Part shown: positions 16,060 through 26,200 of the stretch, piece by piece
How positions within the stretch are numbered: position 1 is the first letter of the stretch
How the letters are laid out: each line of letters starts with the position of its first letter
Virus record (IMG/VR): IMGVR_UViG_3300020043_004045
Span: 1 to 44,471 of that record
Reading direction: 5' to 3' (one strand)
DNA from: a virus
Lineage: Duplodnaviria; Caudoviricetes
DNA length: 44,471 bases
Notes under the pieces: model-generated
Database searches by the model: none
What the model saw: the letters and a program-made list of their open reading frames with translations, nothing else
What the model was told of the DNA's origin: nothing
Position numbers and translations under genes: made by a program

Positions 16060-17787
16060 ATGCGTATTAAACTAGCAACACCACTCATTGGTGAGTTTCC
16101 ACGTTACGCAAACGTGAAGCTCCCCGACAATGCAGCAGTCATTGCACAAAATATGCGGCTGGATAGTGGTGTGCTAAAGCCATTAAACGGATATACACAG
16201 GGCGATACGTTAGCATTAACAGGCCACAACATTAACTCTATCCACTTGTGGAAGGTAGGCGGTAGTGCGTATTGGTTGCGTTTTGCTGACAATGTTAATG
16301 TCATTCGTTCGCCTATTGCTGACGATGCTTATAGTCGTATTTACTGGAGCGGCGATACTCGTATGGGCGGTGCGCTTCTGTATTCTTATGCTGGAGCAGT
16401 CAATGCAATAACTGGCGGTGGTGGTACAGAATACCCAAATAACTATTACAAGCTAGGTATTCCCGCGCCAACAAATAAACCAACAACAGTATTAGCGTCA
16501 GCAGCACCTACGGATGATGTCAGCGCATCGGCACGATTTTATACTTATACCTACATTGGTAAATTAGGCGAAGAATCCGCGCCCTACGCACCACTGTTAA
16601 ATGACCCATCACCACCAGTTGCGCTTATCTGCCCAAATGCAGGCGCAACCGTTCATATTAGTGGACTTGTATTTGATGTATCAGCAGATACAGGGCGCGA
16701 AATTGAAGCGGTACGCTTATACCGTACCATTGTTGGCTCAACTGGCAATGCCGACTATCTGTTTTTAGATGAGATCCCGAAGGCTGATATTTTAGGAAGT
16801 AGTGGTAAATACTTAGGCGGTAAATACACCGACTCTGTTGCTGACGATGGCTTATCCGAATCGTTGCCAACGTCAATATGGAGTGAGCCAAGAGACAATA
16901 TGCACAGCTTAGGCTTAACGGCTTATGGTGTTGCTTATGCCGCAGTTGGCAAGATCGTTTGTCTGTCCGAAGTGTTCGTGCCTTACGCATGGCCACGCAA
17001 TTACGAATTAACGTGTGATAACGATATTGTGGCTATTGGCCATTATGATAGTTACCTCATTGTGGGTACGACTGGTAGACCAGTGATGATTACGGGTATT
17101 GACCCGCAGAACATGAGTCAAGCAGAGCTACCCATCATTGAGGCTTGTGTGTCTGCTCGTTCAATGGTGAATATGGGCGCATACGCGATATACGCCTCGC
17201 CAAATGGCCTTGTCATGGCCTCGGGTGGCAATGCACAGTTAATTACCGAAGGTGTGATTACAGGCCGCGAATGGGCTAACTACACGCCATCAAGTATTCA
17301 CGCTTACGAACATCGTGGTTTGTATGTGTTTTTCTGGTACACGGACAGCACTCACAAAGGCGGATTTATCTTTAACCCACGCTCACCAAGTGAAGGGTTT
17401 ATCAGTCTTAGCTCATGGTTTGTTTCAGGTTATCGAGATATTGAGACAGACACGCTTTGGCTGATTGATAGCAATAAGGTGTTGTTCTCGTTTGATACTG
17501 ACACCACCAACAAATTGACCATGACTTTTAAAAGCAAGTTATTTTCGTTTGCTCAATTTAGACGATTCTTGGCAGGGCAAGTCTTGGCCAAGTCTTATGT
17601 GGGCATGACATTAAAAGTATATGCGGATAATGTGTTGATTCACACGCAGACTGTGACCAGTAGAAAAGGCTTTAGATTGCCATTGCTTGAGAATAAAGAG
17701 TTTTGGCAGTTAGAACTATCCACAATTGATGAAGTGCGAGAGATTTCTATTTCGGAAACTATGCGCGAACTAGGTAACGAACAGTAA
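16060..17787 (+). CDS. Putative tail nozzle/stabilisation protein
   Basis: 575 aa; YTYTYIGKLGEESAP, SEVFVPYAWP, ACVSARSMV, YASPNGLV, FKSKLF, FRLP motifs of podovirus tail proteins. Confidence 0.65.
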   Translation: MRIKLATPLIGEFPRYANVKLPDNAAVIAQNMRLDSGVLKPLNGYTQGDTLALTGHNINSIHLWKVGGSAYWLRFADNVNVIRSPIADDAYSRIYWSGDTRMGGALLYSYAGAVNAITGGGGTEYPNNYYKLGIPAPTNKPTTVLASAAPTDDVSASARFYTYTYIGKLGEESAPYAPLLNDPSPPVALICPNAGATVHISGLVFDVSADTGREIEAVRLYRTIVGSTGNADYLFLDEIPKADILGSSGKYLGGKYTDSVADDGLSESLPTSIWSEPRDNMHSLGLTAYGVAYAAVGKIVCLSEVFVPYAWPRNYELTCDNDIVAIGHYDSYLIVGTTGRPVMITGIDPQNMSQAELPIIEACVSARSMVNMGAYAIYASPNGLVMASGGNAQLITEGVITGREWANYTPSSIHAYEHRGLYVFFWYTDSTHKGGFIFNPRSPSEGFISLSSWFVSGYRDIETDTLWLIDSNKVLFSFDTDTTNKLTMTFKSKLFSFAQFRRFLAGQVLAKSYVGMTLKVYADNVLIHTQTVTSRKGFRLPLLENKEFWQLELSTIDEVREISISETMRELGNEQ

Positions 17788-17799
17788 AGGGTAAGAATT

Positions 17800-18210
17800 A
17801 TGGCGAACAATTTAAAGCTTTCAAATGAGGCGGTTAATGCAGAGGCCGATGCGTTATCGGTATTGCTAGATAATGGTTATTTGCGTATTTATGATGGTTC
17901 TCAACCTGCCAATGCAGATACCGCGATTGGCTCGCAAGTGTTACTTGCTGAGTTGCGTTTTAATGCTGATGCGGCGGCAGCGGCAACAGCAGGAGTATTA
18001 ACATTTAATGCGATTACTCAGGACTCAAGTGCAAATAATACAGGTACAGCGTCATGGTTTCGGGCGTTAAAGTCTGATGGTTCTACGGTGATGTTTGATG
18101 GCACTGTTGGCACAAGCGGTTCTGACATTAACTTAACAGGAACAGTGTCAATTGTAGCGGGTGCAATTGTTGGTGTGACTTCTGCTAGTTTTACTGTCAA
18201 TAAGGGCTAA
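17800..18210 (+). CDS. Conserved small virion-associated protein
   Basis: LRIYDGSQPANAD, GTASWFR, DGTVGTSGSDINL pattern; in tail module. Confidence 0.6.
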   Translation: MANNLKLSNEAVNAEADALSVLLDNGYLRIYDGSQPANADTAIGSQVLLAELRFNADAAAAATAGVLTFNAITQDSSANNTGTASWFRALKSDGSTVMFDGTVGTSGSDINLTGTVSIVAGAIVGVTSASFTVNKG

Positions 18211-18213
18211 TTT

Positions 18214-18717
18214 ATGGACATGGAACAATCGCCACAGTCTGTCAGCATTGATGCTTATGAGCTGATTGACGGCACTTGTTCTTTGTCGCAAGCAATCCAA
18301 TCTGTTAGCATTGATGCTTACGAATCATTAAGTGGTACTGCGGCTTTATCTCAGGCGATTCAGTCCGTCAGTATTGATGCCTTCTTTAGAAACCAAAGCG
18401 CAAATCAAGCCGTTCAAAGCCTTAACGCTCAGGCATTTACTCAGATAAATGCCACAATCTCAGCCACTCAAGGCGCACAATCTGTTGCTATCAATGCTTG
18501 GTATTATGATATTGGAATAACAGGAAGCTTTGTACAGACGCAACAATCAATGTCTGCCAGTGCATTTTTACGCATTGATGCACAGATGACACTGACACAA
18601 CAAAGCCAATACATGACTGCAACAGCCTATAACCTAGTTATCACTCCACCATCACCAGTCGTGATTATGACCCGTGACAGAATCCTTCGCAATATCCGCA
18701 ACAGAGGAAGCCGCTAA
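18214..18717 (+). CDS. Repeat-containing hypothetical structural protein
   Basis: About 21-aa repeats QSVSIDAYE / QSVSIDAYE / QSVSIDAF / QSVAINAW. Confidence 0.6.
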   Translation: MDMEQSPQSVSIDAYELIDGTCSLSQAIQSVSIDAYESLSGTAALSQAIQSVSIDAFFRNQSANQAVQSLNAQAFTQINATISATQGAQSVAINAWYYDIGITGSFVQTQQSMSASAFLRIDAQMTLTQQSQYMTATAYNLVITPPSPVVIMTRDRILRNIRNRGSR

Positions 18718-20549
18718 TGTTTGGTCGTCGTCGTGATATTCAAATTCCTAAAGTACCTGTATCGGGTGATAAGGCAACACAGAGTTGGATGACTGCCGTA
18801 GGTTCAATGCTATCAAAGTATATTGGCGGTGGTAGCAATGACCGCTTAGTGTCGGCAGGTGAATTGATTGATGCAGGTTTAGCAGGGAGTGGTACGGGCG
18901 GATTCTTAACTTCTCCCCCTAGAAACTTAACCAAGCCTCCAAAGGTTACAGGACTAACAGCCAATGGCGCATTAGCTTCTATTTTTGTCAGTTGGCACAA
19001 CCCTTCATTTAGCAATTACGCCTATACCGAATTATGGCGGTCAAACTTAGATGATATTGGACAAGCAGTATTGATTGCCAGTACAGCCGTCGAAAGTTAT
19101 ACCGATAATGTGGGTAGTGCTGCAACTAAATACTATTGGGCAAGGGCAGTATCAGATCAGGGTGTGAAAGGTGAATTTAATTCCGCTAGTGGCACAAAAG
19201 GCACAACCAGTTTAGATCCTGATTATGTGATGCAGGTTTTAACGTCAAGCACATGGAAGCCTAATACTACTTACTATCCATTTCAGTATGTGCGTCCTAC
19301 AATAGATAATGGTTTTCAATATGCGGCGGTTGATGGTGGTACGTCAGGAAGCACAGAACCGACTTGGCCGACAACCATTAACGCAACAGTGAATGACGGC
19401 ACAATCCAGTGGATAACAGTGCCTGTTGATGCGCGAATCCCTTTTGTGCTGGGTACGCTAGAAGATGGTACGCCTGCCGTGTTCATGGATGTGGCATATA
19501 TTAAAGATGCGACAATCACCAGTGCAAAGATTAAAGACTTAGTTGCAGATTCAATCACTACGGGCAAATTAAAAGCAAATCTTCAGGTAATGAATAAGCT
19601 ATGGTATGGCTTTGAAGAATTTGCCAATGGATCAAGTCAAACAGGGTTCTGGCTAGGAGTAGAGGGCGGTGTCCCTAAGTTTAAATTGCATACAGGTGCA
19701 GCCAACGGCAATAAAAGCCTTGTTTATGACGGCTATGATTTAAAGCTGACAGGCGATGGCCTGTTTGATGATATTTTTGTTGATTCGGCTAGATTTGAAA
19801 CTATATCAACAAATACCATTAGCTATAATCAGCGAGTAGTGCCAAGCGACTATTTATCAGAAAATGGAATGGGATTAAATTCAAATAATTATCATGCTTA
19901 TTTGTGCGCTACCGAGCAAATAAATAAAACGACCTATAATACTGGTGACCCTTACGACATATACTTAACTCCTGGTTATTTATTGGTATCTGGTGGGACA
20001 GGATATATTAGTGTTATTTGCCAAAACTCTTTAATAAATCCGTATGATAAAAATGATAAAACAACATTTTTAAGATTTAAAGACAAAAAAATATCATTCA
20101 CGTCAAGAATTACTGGTGTTCTATTGTCTGATGCTGTTGGGAACAATGCGTTTTATACTTACTTTATTTTGTATGTATCAGGAAAAGGGCAAGGCCTCAC
20201 ACACTTTGAATTTAATATCACATCATACTTAGACACTATTATGGGTGGTACTCCTGTAAGCATTCCTGTTACGGTATCTGGTAAAACACTAACAGTAAAC
20301 TTCTTTAAATCAACTTCAACTGGGACATCAACTATTGCATTTAGCTTTACAGACTCAGATGAAGCATTAAATTACACAAACACTGGGCATAAGGTTAGAG
20401 TTTGGCTTCTTGCTCAGTATAAGTATACTTATGTTGGAGGAGGATATCTTGCTATTTATAACAATGTAGTGCCGAAAGTTGAAGTGCAGTTAAATAAATT
20501 AGAATATGTGCCAGCATTCGTTAATTCCTCTGATGCATTGATAACTTAA
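18717..20549 (+). CDS. Tail fibre/host-specificity protein
   Basis: FN3-like VTGLTANG...ELWRS...YYWARAV; WKPNTTY...GTSGSTEPTWPT module; VFMDVAYIKDATITSAKI (tip-protein J-like); AT-rich divergent C-terminus. Confidence 0.75.
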   Translation: MFGRRRDIQIPKVPVSGDKATQSWMTAVGSMLSKYIGGGSNDRLVSAGELIDAGLAGSGTGGFLTSPPRNLTKPPKVTGLTANGALASIFVSWHNPSFSNYAYTELWRSNLDDIGQAVLIASTAVESYTDNVGSAATKYYWARAVSDQGVKGEFNSASGTKGTTSLDPDYVMQVLTSSTWKPNTTYYPFQYVRPTIDNGFQYAAVDGGTSGSTEPTWPTTINATVNDGTIQWITVPVDARIPFVLGTLEDGTPAVFMDVAYIKDATITSAKIKDLVADSITTGKLKANLQVMNKLWYGFEEFANGSSQTGFWLGVEGGVPKFKLHTGAANGNKSLVYDGYDLKLTGDGLFDDIFVDSARFETISTNTISYNQRVVPSDYLSENGMGLNSNNYHAYLCATEQINKTTYNTGDPYDIYLTPGYLLVSGGTGYISVICQNSLINPYDKNDKTTFLRFKDKKISFTSRITGVLLSDAVGNNAFYTYFILYVSGKGQGLTHFEFNITSYLDTIMGGTPVSIPVTVSGKTLTVNFFKSTSTGTSTIAFSFTDSDEALNYTNTGHKVRVWLLAQYKYTYVGGGYLAIYNNVVPKVEVQLNKLEYVPAFVNSSDALIT

Positions 20550-20682
20550 AATTGAATTTTTATACTAAGCAAAGCTACCGAAAAGTAATTTTCAAGCGTA
20601 TTATATAGCCACTTAGCCCCACTTTTTAGGGCAACAAACAGCTAACTAAATACCCACTACTCGATTGAGTAAGGTTTTAGTT

Positions 20683-21162
20683 ATGTCGCAACTTAAAAAC
20701 ATATCAGAAGACACACGCGAACACCTCAAAGCGTTACAAAATGAGATGCACTCTTGCGCGGAAAAATTAGAATTACCACTCGTACATTATTTTGTTAATG
20801 GCGTTTATGGCCGTGAAATCTTTATCCCTGCTGGCGTTTTAGTCGCTGGACGAATCCACAAGACCGAACATATCAGCATTATTTCTCAAGGCATTGTCGA
20901 AGTGGTGACGGATAACGTCATTACAGGCGAAGTCTTGCGCGAAACCTATCAAGCACCCTACACATTCATATCGCCTATTGGCACTAAACGCATGGTTCAG
21001 GCATTGACCGATACCGTGTGGACTACCTTTCACAAATACGAAGGCGAACCCATAGGCGAAGGCATGGAAGATATTATGTCATGGCCTGACTACGAATCCT
21101 TTGAACAAAACCTATTAACCGAATCAGAAAAACCGTCATTACTTGACGAGGTGACATTATGA
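20683..21162 (+). CDS. Cupin-fold phage protein
   Basis: HYFVNGVYGREIFIPAG...GRIHKTEH...PIGTKR...WTTFH; ATG at 20683 after AAGG. Confidence 0.7.
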   Translation: MSQLKNISEDTREHLKALQNEMHSCAEKLELPLVHYFVNGVYGREIFIPAGVLVAGRIHKTEHISIISQGIVEVVTDNVITGEVLRETYQAPYTFISPIGTKRMVQALTDTVWTTFHKYEGEPIGEGMEDIMSWPDYESFEQNLLTESEKPSLLDEVTL

Positions 21163-21914
21163 CTATGGCAGCTGTAGCAGTTGGGGGAGCATCTTTATTG
21201 GGTGGTCTTTCAAGCTCCCGTTCTTCTCGTAAAACAGCCAAACAAGCATTAGCTTTGCAGCGCGAACAGTTTGAATTTAACAAGAAACGCTATAACGACT
21301 ACAAAACCATGTATGGCGGCCTAGAGCAGATGCAAGTTGATGCAGCCAACAAGGGCGTGGTTGCTGACTTAGGCGGCGTAACGTCTCGTACCGTGGGTGA
21401 TGTAGCCACTCAATTCACCAATGCCGAAGAAGCACAACGTCGAAGCCAACAACGCATGGGTATTAACCCGAATAGTGGGCGTGCTGATGCTATGGGTCGG
21501 CAAATGGGATTATCCAAAGCCTTAGCAATGGCTGGAAACATCACCACTAACCGTGAAGGTGAACGCCGCAATGCTGAACAACAGACTTGGAATCGTCGCT
21601 CCGAAGTAAACCGTAATGGCATTGCACAGATGAATGGCTCGTTTGGTGATATGAACCAGTCAAGTAATGGCATGGTGAGCAGCCTCAATCAACAATCAGC
21701 ACAGCAAGCGCAACAGGCAGGCGCATTGTTTGGCGCGGCAGGTAGTATTGCAGGGCAGTATTTGGGTGGGTTGAAAGCACCGACTGTTAAGCCAGTCGAA
21801 CCTACCGCTCCTCCTGCCTACTTAACACCAAGTTATGCTCAGGGAAGTATGCCAGCGTATCAAACGCCACAGCAAACCGCTTTAAACAATCTTTACTCAG
21901 CAATTAAATACTAA
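21159..21914 (+). CDS. Putative internal virion/DNA ejection protein
   Basis: G/A-rich hydrophobic N-terminus, Q/N-rich helical body; position before the giant protein. Confidence 0.6.
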   Translation: MTMAAVAVGGASLLGGLSSSRSSRKTAKQALALQREQFEFNKKRYNDYKTMYGGLEQMQVDAANKGVVADLGGVTSRTVGDVATQFTNAEEAQRRSQQRMGINPNSGRADAMGRQMGLSKALAMAGNITTNREGERRNAEQQTWNRRSEVNRNGIAQMNGSFGDMNQSSNGMVSSLNQQSAQQAQQAGALFGAAGSIAGQYLGGLKAPTVKPVEPTAPPAYLTPSYAQGSMPAYQTPQQTALNNLYSAIKY

Positions 21915-21924
21915 GGAGTAAGTC

Positions 21925-23214
21925 ATGGCTATTGCAGGTATTGAAGGTTTAGCACAGGGCTTGATTCAAGGCATGGCACTTAAACGCCAAAATGACCGCC
22001 AAGAATTATTAGATGCGCGTGATGCTGAAAAGTTTGACATGGATAAACAACGCTTTGCCACTCAACAGGCGGCGAGTGCTTTTGAATTACAGAACGCACA
22101 GACTAATGCAGCCAATGCAGCTATCGACAGAAAAAGGGCGTTAGGTATTCAAAAGAAAGGTGATGAGTTTGAGGCTAATCTTGGCAGGATATTAAGCGCA
22201 GGTTCTCCCGAAGGTGAATTAGTAGAGCTTGAGAAAGTACATCAAGGCAGTGGCGTTAAAGGAGCATGGGCGCGTGACCCAAAAACAGGCGGCCTCGCCA
22301 AAAATGCCGATGGCACATTTAAGTGGGTTAATGAAGATGGCACTGCTTACGATGCTAAACCCGAAGATGCTATTGGTCGTTATATTGCAAAAGTTGACCC
22401 TAAAGGCGAGTTTACAAGAAAGCGTACTCAGCAAGACGAATTGGCAAAAGAAGGACGTGAGGCTAAGAGAAGTGATGCAATAGCGAAAAGAGATCATAAA
22501 TACGCAGTAGATCGGCTTTATACAGCCGATGCTATTGCCGATGGCAACGTAAAGCCCGAAGAAGAAACTCCATTATCCGCAGCAGATTTTAAGAGTTTTT
22601 TTGGTGAAGATTATGAGATTGGTACAGATGCTAATGGACTGCCAAAAATGGGAAGCCGTATAAATCGCCAATTACAAAACAGATTTTTAACATGGGCATC
22701 GGTTAATAAAAGAAAAGCTACGATGTCGGCATATCAAGACTGGGTTGCTAATGACCCTGCCGCACAGTCATTATCGTTGAATAATAAAAACCAAAACGTA
22801 ATTGGCGCAGGGGTTCTAAAAGGATACGCAGCCCCTGATATCTCAAATGGAGAGCAAATTGATTTGTCTGATTTTAGTAGTACGGCACAGTCTAGCACTG
22901 GCAATAAAGCACAAAAACCAACAGGTCTAACAATTCCCAAAGTAACAGCAACCGCCACTTACGACAAGATGCAAAGAAAATCTGAAAACATGAGAAGCTC
23001 TGACTATCAAAAATATGAACAATCTATGCCTAGCACCATTCCACCTAATGCAGTCCAAAAAACAGATGCTAATGGCGGTATTTATTATGAATTAAAGGCA
23101 TCTAAAACAAATCCATCACCGCCAGATGGTTTTTTTAGAAAGTCTGATAATTACAGAAGCCCTGACTATAACGTATTCATATCAAATACAACTGGCTTTG
23201 CCTCATCTAATTAA
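21925..23214 (+). CDS. Putative internal virion/DNA ejection protein
   Basis: RBS AAGGAG; GLAQGLIQG N-terminus and coiled coil; position. Confidence 0.55.
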   Translation: MAIAGIEGLAQGLIQGMALKRQNDRQELLDARDAEKFDMDKQRFATQQAASAFELQNAQTNAANAAIDRKRALGIQKKGDEFEANLGRILSAGSPEGELVELEKVHQGSGVKGAWARDPKTGGLAKNADGTFKWVNEDGTAYDAKPEDAIGRYIAKVDPKGEFTRKRTQQDELAKEGREAKRSDAIAKRDHKYAVDRLYTADAIADGNVKPEEETPLSAADFKSFFGEDYEIGTDANGLPKMGSRINRQLQNRFLTWASVNKRKATMSAYQDWVANDPAAQSLSLNNKNQNVIGAGVLKGYAAPDISNGEQIDLSDFSSTAQSSTGNKAQKPTGLTIPKVTATATYDKMQRKSENMRSSDYQKYEQSMPSTIPPNAVQKTDANGGIYYELKASKTNPSPPDGFFRKSDNYRSPDYNVFISNTTGFASSN

Positions 23215-23228
23215 CTCGGTGCAATAAC

Positions 23229-26200
23229 ATGGCTAATATTTTTCAGGTATGGGATAAAGAAATACAAGGTCTTGCAGCAGAGTCGGCAGATGACGCAATA
23301 ATTGAAGCGCGTCGCCAACAATTAGCAGAGCATTTTAAGGCTAAGGCTAAGGCATCGGGCTTATCTAGTAAAAAAATATACGAAACCTTAGACAAGTTTG
23401 ACGCATATTCACGCCAAAACACTACCAACGAAGATAACCGCCTTTCTCCCGAAGAAGAAGAAATGTTGCAGCGTGTTAAGGACGGCACAATCACAACAGG
23501 CGCAATAAAAGAAGTCGGCAAACGCTTTAAAGATGTTGGTTTAGGTGTGGTGTCTAGCTTAACCCGTATGGGTGGTGATATTGCTCAAACAATTAGCGAT
23601 GTAGGCGACAATGATAAAACCGAATTATCAGCACAAGCAGCACAAGGTTTATACAACATAACCGATGATATTCGCAGTAACTACAGTGAAGGCACAAAAA
23701 CAGCAAAAAAAGACTTTTGGAGTCCCGAAGGTTTAACGATGGGTGTGGCCGAGAACTTAGGTCAAATTGCAGGTACAGCCGCATTACTTGGGACAGGTGG
23801 CGCATTGGCAGGTGCGGCAGGTGTTACCAGTAAGGCAGGTAAACTACTTGCAATGGGAACAATGGCCGCACCATTGGCCTACAGTCAAGGCTATGGCCAA
23901 GGCAAAGAAAGCTCACTCGATGAAATCAATAAAACCAGTAACGCGCAGTTATGGGAAAACGTAAAGGCAGAAGCAAAAGCCTATGATGATGCAGGTGGTA
24001 CAGGTGAAGTACCGTACTTAGTACAGCAATTTAAAGAGGCTGGCGGTGACATCAATCTAATGAAAGATTTGATGGCCGAGAACGCAGGTAATCGTGCAGG
24101 TATTATGACGGTTGCCACAGAACCCTTAGCAATGGGTGTTGGCTCATTGATGAGTCGTGGTGCTGCAGCAGGCGGCAAAGGATTACGCGCTGGCTTAGTC
24201 AATATTATGAACAACCAAGGCATGAGTAATGAATTGGCTCGCCGTATTGCCGCAGGTGGAAGTGCTGGCATTGCGAGTCAAGTTGGTAAAATTGGTTTAG
24301 TTCAAGGGATGCGTGGTACAGGACAAGAAGGAATACAAGAAGGCGGTGAAGGCTACATTGCAAAAACAGAGGGTTCTTTAGCGGCAGGTCGTAAAGGTGA
24401 GCTTACAAGTGAAGATTGGCGTGGTGAGCATGGGATTATTCAACAAGGCTTACAAGGTGCGGCTATTGGCGGCATTATGGCAGGCGGTAGCGTCTATTCC
24501 ACGGCGCGTAACGCTTCTAAACTAGCACTCGAAAAGAACGGCTTACCTGAAAAACATGATGCTGCACTTATTGCCAATGAACAGGCCATTGCTAACTTAG
24601 AAAAAGCGACACAGATTCTTGATTTAAACCCTGAAGATGTTAAGGCGCAAGAGGTTCATGCTAAAGCCTACGATGAGGCATTGGTTGCAACAAATAACTT
24701 AGAGCAATTAACAGGTAAATTTAACGCACTTTATACGCCTGAAGAACAAGAAGTCATTAAAGCCAAAACAATGGAAGGTGTCGCGGCTCGTGCTAAGGTT
24801 GCCGAAGATGCAGCCAAAGCACAGCAAGAACTTGATGTGGCGCAGGCTAAAGCAGAACGCCAAAACAAAAAAGCCGAATATGAAAAAACAAAGGTAAGAG
24901 AGGCCGAACAAGCTGCAAATAAAGAGAAGCTAACCGACAAGCAACAACTTGAAAATACCTTAGCTGAATTTGCCGCAGAAAATGACACGGACTCTATGTT
25001 GGCATTGCTTGATGGTTATGAAAATAAAGCCGAAGCTGATAAGTTATTCAACAATGCGTTTAAGACGGTTGAAACACGCGCTAAAGAGGCAGAAAAGGCA
25101 ACCAAAGCACAAGAGGCTGAGACAGCCAAGCAAGAGCAAGCCAAGCAAAAACAATCTGCCTTTAGCGCAGATATGTTTGCATTGTATGAAAGCAATCCCA
25201 ACGCAACGTACAATGACTGGAAAGCTATCGGCAAAAAATACGGTGTGACTAGCGCGATTGACTTGGCTAGTGCTTGGGCAAATGCAAGAGCCAATAAGCC
25301 TAAGCAATTTTCTGCTATTAAAGTAGATAGTGCAACAATTGGAATTGCACATAAAAACTATGCTAGCAAACTACTTTCACCAATAAAAAAATCCATAGCT
25401 AATGGGAATTACGCTAAATACACAACAAAAACAGGCAAAAAAATAAAATTTGTAATTGCTGAAGATAATGATTTAGAGGCGGTTATTTTTGCTTTTGATG
25501 AGGAAGAAAATAATCCAGTAGCAATGATGACCTATTCAAAGCATGAGGATAATGGTTCTCGTTTTAACCCATATATCAGAGTTGATGATTCTTTGCGCCG
25601 TCAAGGAATTGCTACTGAGATGTACAAATTAGCAGAGCAAAACGGAGGTTTAATACCTGAATTAAATCAAAAAGGCCAAGTCAGAACAATTGATGGGCAA
25701 AAATTCAGAGAGTCTATAAGCAAAAAAGACGAACAAAAACCAGAAAACACAGAAACTTTAGCCTTGCCCGCACCTGATACGGTGATGGTGGCTGATGCTC
25801 AAGGAAATGTAATACCAACAACAGAAAACAACGTGCCACAAAAGCCACGCAGTAATGATTTTTCTGTGCCAAGTGGATTAAAGGTTGATGTATCCAATGT
25901 CGAAAACACACGGAGCGACTTAGGCAAAGGGTCTTATGTTGGTAGTGCAATGATTGTACGCCAAGACGGACAGCCATTCCCTACGGAGCAAGTAGCACAA
26001 CAAGCCTTAGCTAACAAAGCAACCAAGAAGCCTAGACGCAAAAACGAGCAATCCGTATCAAAAGACACTCATTCTGTTGTGCCTGTTGATGGTGGTTTTG
26101 CTATTGCGCCAAAATCAGAACAGCAAATTACGCAAGAGGATATTATTGGCGAGTACGCACGCGATACTTCACCTAATGACATTATTAAATTAGTAAAAAC

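Noticed and set aside
15257-20549. Diversity-generating retroelement acting on the fibre genes
   Set aside because: No reverse transcriptase and no template/variable repeat pair seen in the window
24970-25248. Other alternative-frame + strand ORFs in the giant gene (also 23767, 26398, 30733, 31048, 32527, 33382)
   Set aside because: No convincing RBS or start, and the L/K/R-rich composition is typical of frame shadows, unlike the two retained candidates
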